64,000 nucleotides of DNA from Nageia nagi (lineage: Eukaryota; Plantae; Pinophyta), in contig JBITNC010000001.1 of the NCBI GenBank assembly GCA_050084985.1, positions 138,570,001 to 138,634,000 on the forward strand, in the 5' to 3' direction. Below, one piece after another: positions 38,623 to 52,000 of the stretch. A model generated the notes under the pieces. That model did no database searches. It saw only the letters and a program-made list of their open reading frames with translations, and had not been told where the DNA came from. The translations under genes and the position numbers were made by a program. How positions within the stretch are numbered: position 1 is the first letter of the stretch; each line of letters opens with the position of its first letter.

Positions 38623-39262
38623 TGTGTTGATTTAAGAGATTTCAAGAGTCATATGCAACTTGGAGTTGGATTTGATTCAATTGTTGAGGTTTTCAAGTGC
38701 AACATCTTCCCTCTCTAACTTAATCAAAAACCACCTCTTGTACTTCTATCTTCTCATTTTAACATCCTACTTTAACTTGGTTTGTATATTGCTAAGAGGA
38801 AGTGATACAAATATAGATGACATCCGAAGAGGGTTTACAAAAAATGAAGCCACTAGTGCTAAACATACCTTAGCATGGTTGATTTCCATCAAAGCTTATT
38901 CACCTTATCATGCTTTTACTTTTTGTTGGAGGCTTATGCTATCAACCATTCACCTGAGTGTAGACATGCATTTCTCAAGTCTATATTGGATGCCCTTATT
39001 CTTTAGGCTTGAGAGATTCTCAAGTGAGCTTCTCAATCTTTGAAGGGCATTGATTTGAATGGCTACCTGCATAGATAGGTGTTGCTTCCTAATTTCATCT
39101 ATGCTATCACTCAACATATTGCAAATTTCTAGCAGATGCATACCATCAATGTCAAACCCTAATTCTATGGATCTATGATAAGCATTGATCACCACCTCCA
39201 AAGCTTCTCTAAGACAATCTGCTAAGTAATATGATAAGGAAGGTTATTCCCATAATCTTTCC
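38623..39262 (-). pseudogene. DUF241/BPS1-family pseudogene, copy B2
   Basis: Shares the TGA (38950) and TAA stops of B1. Extra internal deletions; start region and 3' end lost. Confidence 0.88.
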
Positions 39263-40244
39263 ATGTGATGAATGCATGAATTGATCCATGCTAGAGGCTA
39301 TCTCCTTGTTGGGTCCTTGCAGATGATTCTACTTTTAGTTCATCATTTCAAACATGCCTACCACCATGTGTCCAACTATTTTCCTCCATCTAAAATCCAT
39401 ATTTTATTGTAGAACCTTCTTTGTATGCTATTATCTTCAAGCACTTTGGTGGATCTCTGACATGCTATAAATCAATCTATATTGTGTATTTTACTCCACT
39501 ACCACAACAAAGAGGATATCTTTTCCTTTTCATGAAAAGATTCCATCTTTCATGATGAATATCAAGGCTCTCATCAAGCTATAACTATCTCCTTGAGAGA
39601 TGAAAGGATGACAACATCCATCTTGCATGATTATCTCCTTAAGGGATGAAGCAATGACAAGATCCATTTGAGTTGTCATATTTATTAGTATTGATATGTT
39701 TTTACATGGTGTTATATATATTTTATTTCATCTACTTATAATCATTTCATTCTAAATGATATCATAAGTTTTACATTTATTTGGATAATTTTGTATTACT
39801 ATTTAATTTGTATGAATACTTGGTTTTCATTATTATTTTCATTCTAATCTTATACTTAGTGATAAATAATATAAACAATTGATTGGTTAAAAAATATCTG
39901 TAGTACATTTTAATTTTATATAAGTTTTGAAATTCAATGTAGAATTTCAAGGTTAAATAACTATCTAGTGCAACAAAGTACAATGGGTATAGTGTAGAAA
40001 AATATTTGGTTTTTACTTTAGAAATATGTAGAGAATTCCATAAAATTTGAATTGTATACTTTTTAATTAATTTGAAATTAATCTAGTTATGTACATAATG
40101 AAAAATGTTATTGAATAAGACATATTTGTTTTATAAATATTTGCATATAGAATATTTAGCATAGTGAACCTAGAGAGATTTTATATGTTATTAATGTTGC
40201 CATGTGGGATGATTGGAAAGTGACAACAAATGTTGCTATTCTAT

Positions 40245-40640
40245 TTTGAACAACCTAAATGTATACCAAATTGCATTCTTTCCAATATTTCAAGAGGGAA
40301 AGATGGTTGTATGTAAATACAATTTGATGCATGTACTGTAGATATAGTTGTGAAAGCTAGTCCTTGACATTTAGTGTCATCAATATCAATAGTTTCCCTT
40401 TAAAGTGTAAATCCTTGTGATTTATGTATTGTTAGTTCCCATGCCATTTTTAGTGGTATTTATCATTTTTTACCCTAGCTTAAGGGTATATGAATTTGAA
40501 TTATTAATGTTTTGAATCCAATCTATTGGACCCTTCTTCAAAATTACTAAATAAAGAAAATAAAGTGTAGCCTTCTTCTTTAAGTAGAGATAAGTAACAC
40601 CCAATTTTATAAGATCAATATCAGCCCTATATTATTATAA
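40245..40640 (-). pseudogene. Pif1 helicase C-terminal relic, duplicate of 19168-19560
   Basis: MAWELTIHKSQGFTL*RETIDID...QGLAFTTIS. Confidence 0.82.
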
Positions 40641-41868
40641 AATACTAAAAATATAAATATTGTTAAATTCTATATTAAAATGTCTTTCCAATGATGTAAA
40701 GAAAATGAAACACTGAGTTAAAATGCAAAAACGTTATGGCTAGTTTAGTATCATATTATTTTTCATTCTATGTTTGTAAATTAGGTCAATAATAGGTAAC
40801 CATGCCATACTAATCTCAACACATTGGTATCTATTGGTATGATTAAGGTTAACTTTAATTTCAATAGCTTCTCTAATTCTTTATTCTTGGAATTTATCAC
40901 ATCTAGCCAAGAGTTCAATTTTATTCATGAGTTTATGGTGTTTAGTCTTATCTACATGTTTAGCAAGGGCATATTTGATTATTCTATTATATTATAAATC
41001 AGTGAAATATTCTTTAACTCTTTTATGTGTTGACCTACCTATTTCAATAATGTAACAAGTTTCACACTCACACATTATCTTATATACACTTGTATGTTGT
41101 AAGGGTTCTACGTGGTCCTTCATAGATATGAACATGTTCTCTAATTTATTAAGAGGAAGACAAATTATTTTAATGTGTGCTTTTATTAATATTTTAGCTA
41201 AATTATAACTTAAACACTTGGTATAAGGAAGGTAGGATACCCCTATGTATGAATTAGTATTAATATAGTCTAGTCTCTCATTTGTTTTTCCTCTTTCTAT
41301 CTTATTTCATGTATTTCTAATATGTTTACGAGAATAACCATTACTCATTAGTGCTTTATTTAGATGCATTTTCTTCTTATGTATATGGTAATTATCTAAC
41401 TTTTGTTACCTCAAGGGATTTTGTTTAGAAGTACATAAGGGTTAATCCTAATTTGTACACACATTGTGCTTTGGGTGGTATTTCATTAGGTCAATTTTGT
41501 ATGCTTTTTGATTATGAGATACCTTGAAGTGTGATTGCTCACCTTGCACCTATTTTTAATGAGGATGGGGTCATTCTATCCTATGGATCTCCTTTATTGT
41601 GGGAAGATAAGAGGGTGGAAACCCTTTAATATTTATTTCAATCTCATTTGTCTATAGATTTATGTATCTATAGGTACAAAGGAAGTTTGTGTATTTATGA
41701 TTTTGTCAATCCTTATGAAGAGACCTATGTATGATTTTTCTGGTGATCAAATTATATGTTGTTGGAATTGGACACTCATTGGGATTCAAATCCCAAGAAA
41801 CACATAATTATAGTATTTTTTCCTTAGGATATTTTAATGGTTCATGAATTCTTTAGGCTAGTTAAGAG

Positions 41869-42935
41869 TGTAAAGTTATAAATAGAAACTAAAGTAATAA
41901 TCAACAAATTCAAACTAGTAAACCTCGATGTCATGCCTAGGGCATCAATTTCAAGTGTACAAACCCTTAATATTTCAATGTTAAAGTTAGGATATCCACT
42001 TTAAGTTATTACAATGTAAATATACCAACATCTAAGCTAGGGCTTTAGTATCAAGGATTAATAATACCTAGATGACAACATCTGACCAATACAAGAATAC
42101 ATCAATAAATAACACTCTACAATACCAACATTTATTCAATATAAATATATATAAGCAATGCTAATTTAATATTACACAAAATAAGTATACACAACAAAAA
42201 GTATTATATATAATTCCCCAATAGATGTATGGATGATGTAAAATGATAAAAATAGAATACCATGACTAATAGGGCTAATGTTGCCCTCCAAGGAGCCAAC
42301 TAGGGTATAATTTAATGACTCTCACTATTGGAATGATATTAGATTCATAAGATAGGACACTCCCTTTGAATTTGAATCATCTTGATAAAAGGGCCCCTCC
42401 TTAAACCATGGCTAACCATTGAAGGTAGTTCAACTATACCTCACAATACCACCAGATGGGCAAGGGAGTTGCACCATTACTGTAGAAGAATAGGATCCCT
42501 TATCTAGATATCCATCCTAGATATTGCACCTAGTGGATGTGCTTAGAGATGTTAAGTCTTCGTATCCTCTATATGATATGAAGTATAATAATAATTAGGT
42601 ATATCTAGTAATGAGGCTCTAATATTTTTTTATACACTTTCTCTATACATATCTCACCCAAGAGTCATCACCTTGCTCATTTAATCCAATGTTGGCCTTA
42701 TGGGGGTCTAAAATATCCAACATAGATGCTTAGTGGTTATGCATGCCAACATGGGGAGCTTAGGTATATTAAGTACCAACATAAAGGTCTAGGAGTGTCA
42801 CACATGCCCACATGGGTGAAGGTATCATGCATGAGGTCCTAATTTCAAGTTGGAACAACATGGGGGTATGGGATACTCTCCAAGGTTTTTGCATGCATGT
42901 ATTTATTTATCTTATCATCTCAGTGTAATAATAGA
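41869..42935 (-). mobile_element. Isolated or truncated Gypsy LTR, same family as 20777-25622
   Basis: Starts tgtaaag. Matches 20777-21660 and then 25325-25505. No gag or protease follows. Confidence 0.72.
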
Positions 42936-43029
42936 GAAGTTGAGTTAAGAGATAGAAAAGTTACAATACCTTGCATATCCTCGATTACCATTTTTAAATG
43001 ACAATAAGAGGTTCAAGGAAGGGTGTTGA

Positions 43030-46000
43030 TATCATGTCAACTAATCAATCATCCCCTACAACTAATATAGATCAACTCAATGCTAACCTTTTGACCATGT
43101 AGGAAGAATATCTTAAGAATGCCTTAGGAATAAACTGGATTGAGATGGGAGTGATCAATCATATGGAAACATAGAAAGCCAACCCCAGTCACATTCTTCT
43201 ATAGCATAAGACACTCATGGTGACCAAAAATAGGAAGTCACTCACTCATTCAAAAATTGATGTCATGATTAACCAGATCCAAGTTTATTATATGCCCTAT
43301 GGGTGGTTTAGTTTCCCTAATCTATTATATTCTTTAGCAAATAGACATCACCAAAAGGGTTACCAAATAGGAATGTTCAAGAACCCAAAAGAGGGAGATG
43401 CATCAGAACCAAAGTTTGAAGCAGTACTAGATTAATCTATTGATTCCATCATCCAAATATTTACCATTCCAATAGACTAGACTTTTCATGTTAAGAAATA
43501 AATTGGTTTAAAAAAGGAAAAGAATGACTTTTATATAAGTTAAGATGAAATGGTGATCTAGATTAGTGGAACATACCATGATAACAGGAAGGCCAAACAC
43601 TTGCCAAGCTATCAGATAGCCCTATTTGAATGAAAAAAGTATAGAGAAGTGTTGTAGGTACTGGCAGTTATTCTAGCAAAGAAAACTTAGATTGAAGCAA
43701 ATGAAGCCATGGTATGTATGGCTTATAATATTACAGAGGCTCATGTTTGCTATGACTTCTTAGCTTTCATTACTAATGAAATAAAGAGATGCATATTCAA
43801 AATTGAAAAGTCAAACTTCAAACACTCTTCATATCTTCGGTGGCTCTTCACCCATCAAAATCTTAACAAACTTATAGAGGTAGGGTTGCAAGTTCAATCA
43901 ATGAGTTCCAATGCTACACTAGTACCAATCAACCTAATGGTATCAATTTTGAGTGAGTTGCATGGATGCTAATACAAGTTTATGGATAAGTTCTATGCAA
44001 TATCAATACAAATTTTGATCAAAAAGCTCCCCAACAGACTAAGCAAGAGCACAATGAGGGAGCTACATGGAGGAAATAAAATTGGTAATTGGTACTTCTT
44101 AAGAAGCTACATCGTAATAATAAGGTATGGGTATTTTGAGAGACCTTTTTTATTACCCAATTATGTAATCCCCCAGCTATGTTCAATATAAATGGGAAGG
44201 TAAATTTATGCTATAAAGAGAAAATATAGATCTAGGGGTAATTTTAAGTCTATTTTAGATATACCAGCTTCTACTAAAACTTTTACTCTTTTAGAAATAG
44301 GATGTAAAGATAGTATAGCTGAATTCATTGTATAGAATTTTAAATTAGAAATGGTGGAAGCTCCATGGATGTATGACCCTTTAGGAGAAATGATGCAAGT
44401 AATAAGGTTATGAAAAAAATGTCTAGCTTTTGTCCATGATACTAGGCCTCATATAGAATATTTTGTGAATAAAATTAAATAGGAAGCAAAACTTTACCTT
44501 GATTAAGAGTTCACACCCCTATATAATGCTTGGATGGCCCTTGAGGGAATAAGGAAGTATAGAAATTGGGAAAATAAGCAACAAGATTTTTTCCTCAACC
44601 CAAAAGTCCTCACCCATTTATCAAATCTTGGATGGGGTCCAATAAAATTCATTATTTTACAAAATTTAGATTTGAGTATACAATAAAAATTGACCACATA
44701 GAGAGTGAATTATTTGAAAAATTTAAATATGACAAGTACTAGGAGGATAAGTATGTCAAATATCCCTTACCAAAGTTGGCACAACCCCTTCCTCCTCATT
44801 TTCAAGGAAAATTTGCTATAGGAGCAAGGATAGGATAGGTAGGATAACCATCTAGCATGGTTGAGCTTCCAAAGAAGGGAGAGTAAGATCCTTTAGACAC
44901 TACAACCTCTTCTCAATAGCCTTATCTAAAGAAGAAAAGAAAAATACAAACCCTTGCACAAAAATAATAAATCTTGAAGAAAGAAGAGAAGCCTATAAAA
45001 AAATCTTGCACCACTATGATAAGGTCACAGTCACAAATAATTGTATCTTCACCTTTAGATGCTACAAGAGAAATTCCAAAGGAGGTTGTAAAAGAGGTAG
45101 AAATTTTTGATACATAAGAGTTAAGAGATCCCTAAGATATAGATACTAGTGCTACATAAGGAGCCCAAATTTAATAATAAACCTTGGAAAAGGAGCAAAC
45201 ACAAATTCAATAAGGTAAGAGAAGTGTATTTGGATCTAGCAGATTTGCAACAACTACACTTGGAGGAGGACTAGGAGATGATGATGATGAATTTGGAAAA
45301 AAGAAATACTCTAGCCTAATAGAAGTTCAAGACAAGATCAGGGAAGAGGTAGAGTAAGAAATAGAAGTTCAAGACCTAACACCTCCTCAATAGTTATAGC
45401 CTACCCAACAAGTTGAGACATCTACTTTAGGTGGAATTACTACTTCCTAATCTTTAATTCCTACAACCTCACAAGAGGAAATAAAATCAATTTTTTCTAC
45501 ATAAATGGTAGAGCCCATTGATGAGCAACTTGTATCAATAAATATTCTATGCTCCTTGAGCAATAGTTGAGAATTTTGAGCAAGGTAATAGAAATAGGAG
45601 ATATTAAAATAGCACAAATGCCTTTCAATGAAGGGCAACTAGATATTACTCTCGTAGCTATAATAGATATAAATATCTAGAGTGTACTGATAATTGACTA
45701 GTCAAGATTCTTGGTAAATAATTTAATGGCAACTAGCAAAAGTCTTCAAGTAATAGAAAATAAAATAGAAAAAATGAACAAGAAAATAGATCAGTATAAG
45801 AAAGACTACTCCCTCAAAGATAAAATAGTAGCTGGATTGTAGAATAAAAACAAAGACTTGATTGCAAAGCTTGACAAGTAAAAGTTAGAGTTTGATAAAA
45901 TCATAACAACCAAAGTTGAGCTAGATGCTGCAAATCAAACAATACAAGGTCTCAAAACTTAGGTTGTAATAATTGATACTCAGAAGGTCAAGTAGGTTGA

Positions 46001-46880
46001 GGCCTAGATACAAATTATCATTGTAATAAATAAAATTTTATCTGATGATAATGCAAGGTTGTTATTGCTCATAAAGAATTTCAAAAAATCCTTGGTGGAG
46101 TCAGTCAAAGACAAAATGATAACATTATCACACTTACATCTATTGAAGGAAGAAATAATATAAGCAATCAAGGAATTCCACATTCAAACCACACTTCATA
46201 AGCTGGCTTTGGATATACCTAGGATAGTTTTAGAAAAATTGTAGGCTTGTTTAATGGTCTTGACTAAAAAGGACATAGCTATAATCTCTCCCAAACCAAG
46301 ATAGTTGTATCAAAGGAGGATTCAAGATATTTATGAACTCTAAAATTTGGTGTTCTACCTGGATATTAATAAGCATTAGCTCATAATAGAGCTGGGATTC
46401 ATTAACAAATTATTTAATTTCTTTGATTGAGATGCAGGCTCCCAAATTGTGGGAAGAATAAGATGTACAAAGTAGTGCTACCAGTTGGGTAGCCAATACC
46501 ACTTGGTTTATTGAACAATCATTTTTTGAGAAGTGAATCTCAAACTTATAGTAAATAAATGAGTTTTCTTAGGAAGAAATTATAAAATTTTTACATACTG
46601 GAAGGCTATACAATGTTCTAATAGGGTTTAAAGCAGATATAATAAAGATTAAGACATCCCTTATCTTATCATAGATTTACTATAAAGATATTGGTGAGCT
46701 AAATAAAAACATGCAACCATTCCTCATGATAGAGTTGGTAGCAATAGTTGAGACCTCTATGAAGTCTACTTTTGGACAAGCTACTAGAAGTAGCAAGTAG
46801 AGGGTTCTATTCTCTAGTAGGAAGAGACCCTAAAGAGCCACCAAAAGATTGTATTCTTTCAAAATTACACTTTGAATTGG
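43030..46880 (+). mobile_element. Heavily decayed long ORF, probably an accessory ORF of an LTR retrotransposon
   Basis: Coding-like purine-rich strand with fragments YDFLAFITNEI..SNFKHSSYLRWL and GNWYFLRSYIVIIRYGYFERPFLLP, then acidic and coiled-coil-like sequence with many stops. Family assignment is inference from recalled similarity. Confidence 0.5.
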
Positions 46881-46924
46881 TGTAATTCAAAATTATTCTT
46901 TATTTCTTTATTTTTTTATTCTTT

Positions 46925-47620
46925 AGTGCCTAAGAGTTATGTAATTAAGAGTGCCTAAGAGTGATGTTATTTTCTTAGAGTCTACGTGAGTTGTAAATTC
47001 TTGTATTCTTTCATTTGATCAATTCCTCTTCTTCTCACTTCTTTATCTTAGAGTGTTAGAAAATATAAATAAGAATACCTTGGACTTATGTTATTTTTTT
47101 AAAGTACCCAAAAGTTATGTAAATAAGAATACTTGAGAGTTATGTTATTTTCTTAGAGTACTTGGGGGTTATGTAAATAAGAATACCTATGTTTTGAAAT
47201 ATTACACCAAAAGGTTGACTTGTTAGTGAATCCACACACACAAGATCCTAACATTCCACCACGCTCTGCATTCGATGTCCTCGACGGCTCTCACTTGTGG
47301 CAGCTCTCACTCTAGTCTTCTCTAGGTAGCACTTTCCATAGTAGCCCTTTCCAAGGATTCAAACTTGGGATGTATGGCCTGCTCTGATACCAAATGTTAT
47401 GAATTGTTACACCAAAAGGTCAACCTATTAGTGAATCCACACACTCAAGATCTTACAAACCTGAGAGTTATGTTATTTTCTTAGGTACCTAGGAGTTATG
47501 TTATTTTCATAGAGTACCCAAGAGTTATGTAAATAAGAATGCTTGAGAGTTATGTAAATAAGAATTTCTAAGAGTTATATTTATTCTCTTAGAGTGTTCA
47601 AGAATTATTAACACAAGTGT
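46925..47620. repeat. Degenerate minisatellite (agagttatgttattttcttagagtacc / agagttatgtaaataagaatacc units) interrupted by a TRIM
   Basis: gttatgt-based units recur about 10 times. Confidence 0.85.
47190..47458 (-). mobile_element. TRIM (terminal-repeat retrotransposon in miniature), 269 bp with 64-bp LTRs
   Basis: LTRs 47190-47253 and 47395-47458. PBS gctctgatacca at 47381-47392. PPT-like ttccaccacgctc at 47254-47266. TSD accta / acctg. Confidence 0.88.
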
Positions 47621-48528
47621 CCAAGAGTTGTATAAATTCAGATCCAAGACATCAAATAGAGCCCATTGATTTTGAATGATGATATCATAATTTTTGATTG
47701 AAATCAATGGATCGCAAAATAGGTAATGGTAGGTGAATATTAATGAAGAAATCAAATAAAACCTTCCAATTTTGAGAGATGATCTCATAATTTTTATCTA
47801 AATCAGCTAGTCATATAAGAGCTAGATCATCAACAAAGCCTAGATGAGAAAAATAGAAACTAGCAAGCAAAGGTAAGAGTAAAGAAACACCTAGGTTCAC
47901 TTTGTCTTAAGTGTTTGACCCCTAAGGCTCTGTTAAGTGTTGAAATTAACTCATTTACATATAATAGTGGTAGTTTCTTATCAAATAAAGTTCACATAAT
48001 GTTACCAACCACCATTACTCTAATTATTAACATCTACAGTAGAGATCATAAATATTATAGAAAAGTAGATAGTAGCTGACAGAGCATAGTACCAAATCAT
48101 ATCCATCAATTTATATATAAATAATTATTTAGATAGCTAGAATGCTATCTTCAATTAGCTATAAGGCTGAATAAGGAGCAATCAATGATATGTCGGAAGG
48201 ATTATGGCTATTCAAAAATTACAAATTCCTAGATAGTCATGCTATTGGTACTTATTCACTATATAATCTAACATAGTTGTAGTATTTATGTAAATAGTAT
48301 TATTTTAGTTATTTTATACAATGCTAGGAATTATGTATACTAATGAAACCCAACCACCCAAGAAGGGGGGAAAGTTGTATAAATAGCTAACTTTTAGAGA
48401 TCAAAAAGGTTTAACATTTTAGCAAATTTTCCCAAATCTATAAGATCTATTCACATATGATAATACAATTAGATAATGTGATCTATGAAGGTATCCTCAT
48501 CTTTCTTTTCATCTATTTGATTTACTCC

Positions 48529-49054
48529 CTATCTCTCACTCAATGATTTCCATGATGCTATTGCTATTTCGTAAGGAAAGCTTTTAAGAATATGATGTGA
48601 GACATAAATTCTCAAATAACTTTCAAGATTTTTTTTCAATATGTTTTGTATTTTTGATTTAACATACTGCAAAGCACTGAAAACCCTTTCATCTTCCATG
48701 AAACCCAAAATCATTATCTAACATAGTTCATATGAATTAAAATACTTTGATATTGAATCTCATAGAATACTACTTGGATACAATTTTTTCCATAATCATG
48801 TTATGGAACTAGACTCTAATGGATTCACTAATTATTTAAATTAACCAAACATTATCAAGCTAAAAGTTTAGATTGTTGAATCAAATCCTTTTTCTCTAGA
48901 ATTCATTTTATCTCTACACCATTTACTTCAATAATTCTTCCAAAATGAGTTACAATATTCTCCATATGTTTATTGAAAAAATGACATATATTACTATAAT
49001 CTAACATCAAATTTCAAAAATTTGGATTCACTATAGCCATAGCTTCAACCAAAT
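48529..49054 (-). pseudogene. hAT transposase C-terminus (dimerisation domain), split from its 5' part by the Copia insertion
   Basis: EDERVFSALQYVKSKIQNILKKNLESYLRIY resembles the hAT ERxFSxLxxxKxKxRNRL motif. Confidence 0.78.
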
Positions 49055-52000
49055 TGTTAGAAAATTATATATTTTGGAGCAATGGAATGCATAAAATATT
49101 ATAGAAAATATAGACATAGAAAATGCATAAACAAGAGAGACACATATATACGTGGTTCACCCAGTTTGGGCTATGTCCACACTAAACACCCAGTCCTTCC
49201 TTTCTATTATCCAATAAAGTGAAGAAATACAACCTATAACAAATCCATTATAATATCCTCTATTTTCTCTCACAGTATCATGTCTCTATTTCTGCTCTCC
49301 AACGCACGTCTACTACTATGCACTCATACAAAGAGAGGGGTTTTTATCTAGGGTAAAAAACCCTAAACCAAACATAAGTTCTACCATTAGATCATTCACC
49401 TAATGAATGACCCAGATTGACATCTATTTTTAGCTTCAGGGGTGCTACCCCTGAACCCCTACCAGGGGACTACTGGCCCTCGGACCCCCCAGCCAGGGGG
49501 GACGTTCCCCCCTAAACCCCTGTAAGGGAAACTAGTCCCCCCTGCAACCCCCCTATGTGGAGGGGTGTACAAACTTCCTAGGGTATAATTCTAGTTGAAA
49601 TAAAGAATTTTGAACAATCATGCTCCACACACAACAATCTCCCACTTAGAGAATGATTGTAGCAACTCCACTGCTGCTTCATTTGCTAGACAATGACTCC
49701 TCTTTGGACCTAGCTATTTCTCATCTTCATCGTCATCCTTCAAGACCAATTGAAACTAAGCATATTCTTAGTTTCTCCCTAGTTACAACTTTTGTTAACA
49801 TATATGCAAGATTCTAGCTAGCATGTATCTTTTTTAGCTTTAACTCTCCATCTTCTAACACTGATCGTATGAAATGGTACTTGAACTGTATGTGTTTAGT
49901 CCTAGAATGAAATGTTGAGTTCTTTGCAAGATGAATGGCACTTTAGCTATCACTGTATAGCATCCCCATATCATGCTCCTTACCCAATTCACCCATGATC
50001 CTTTGTAACCAAATCATTTCTTTACTAGCCTCTGTAGCAGCAACATACTCTGCTTCTATTATTGAAAGTGCAACAACACTTTAGATTTTTGAAACCCAAC
50101 TGATAGCTATTCCACCAATAGTAAATACATATCCTATAGTGCTCCTCCTGTTATCTCTATCACCTACCATATCTGCATCAACATATCCCTGTAGGGAAAT
50201 TTTTGAACCACCAAAGCATAATGCTTGATTTGTGGTACCTTTCAAATATCTGAGAATCCATTTCACTGCCATCCAATGTTCCTTTCCTAGATTGTTCATG
50301 TACCTACTTACAACTCCCACTACATGTGCAATATCAAGCCTTGTGCAGACCATTACATACATTAAGCTTCCAACTACTGATGCATATGGAACTTTAGACA
50401 TATAATCCATGTCTTCTTGGGTCTTTGGGCACATTTCCTTACTAAGTTTGAAATGGCTAGCAAAAGGTGTACTAACTGGTTTTGTATTGTGCATATTAAA
50501 ATTTTTTAATACCTTTTGCATGTACTCATTCTGAGATAATGTTAATTTGTGATTTTTCCTATCTCTAGTGATTCTCATACCAAGGATTTGTTTTGTAGCT
50601 CCCAAATTCTTCATTGCAAATGAATTTGCCAATTTTCTTTTGAGCACATTTATTTCCTACATGTTAGACCCTATAACAAGCATGTCATCTACATATAATA
50701 GCAATATAATATAGCTGCCATCATTTTGCTTTTTCAAATAAACACAATGATCAGAGTGACATCTAGTGTAACCTTGTTCGGACATAAACTTGTCAAATTT
50801 TAGATACCACTACCTTGGAGCCTGTTTTAAGCCATACAAGCTCTTCTTCAACCTACACACTAGTTTCTCCTTCCCTTTCACCTCATATCCTTATGGCTAT
50901 TGCATATATATCTCTTCCTACAAATCCCCATGGAGAAAGGCTATCTTTACATCTAACTACTCAAGATGCTAATCTTTAGCTGCTACAAGACTAAAAATAG
51001 TTCTAATTGAAGTCATTTTAACAATAGGAGAAAATATTTCATCAAAATCAATACCTTTCTTCTGTACAAACCCCTTCACCATAAGTCTAGCTTTGTACCT
51101 CTATTTTCCTCCATCTTCTTCCTTCAGCTTGTAAACCCATTTATTCTTCAGTGTAGTTTTTCCTGCAGGCAACCTGACTAAATCCCAAGTCTGGTTATGC
51201 ATTAAGGAGTCCATCTCTTCTTCCATGGTTGCCTCCCACTTCTTCCTGCTTTCAACCTGCATTACTTCTTCATAACATTCAAGTTCACCAGAATTAGTCA
51301 ACAATAAATAATATAATGAAGGAGAGTATCGTTCAGGGGGTCTACTTATCTTGGTAGATCTTCTAACACCACTTTTAGGTGTTTGGGGTGCCTATTACTA
51401 TTGTGGTGGTTGGTTATTATTATTTTCAGGCACCTTTACTTTTTCAGTGATTTCATCAAGAACTACATATTCCTTGTTTTCTTTTTCTTGTTTCTTTTCC
51501 TGCAATTGATTTTTATACAAGACCTTTTCATTGAATATTACATCTCTGCTCCTAATGATTTTGTGATTTTTGTAATCATATAAGCGATAACCAAAATCAT
51601 TAACACCATATCCAATAAAAGTACATTTCTTTGACTTTGCCTCAAGCTTTATTCTATTTTCTTTATCAATATGGACAAAGGCCTCACAACCAAAAGGCTT
51701 TAAAAAAGAGTAGTTTACCTTTTTACCTATCCATGCTTCCTCTGGAACACCACCATCCAAGGAACTTGAAGGCCCTCTATTTATTAGATAAACAACAGTA
51801 TCTACAGCTTCTACCCAAAACTGTAAAGGCAATCCTACATGCAATCTCATGCACCTTGCATGCTCCATGATTATCTTGTTCATCCTTTCTGACACACCAT
51901 TTTCTTGTGGTGTTCTTGGAACTATCTTCTCTCTACGAATTCTATGTTATGAATAGTACATATCAAACTCTTTGCTACAATATTCACCTCCATTATCTGA

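Noticed and set aside
47340-47392. tRNA gene
   Set aside because: Only PBS and T-arm-like similarity; no full cloverleaf.
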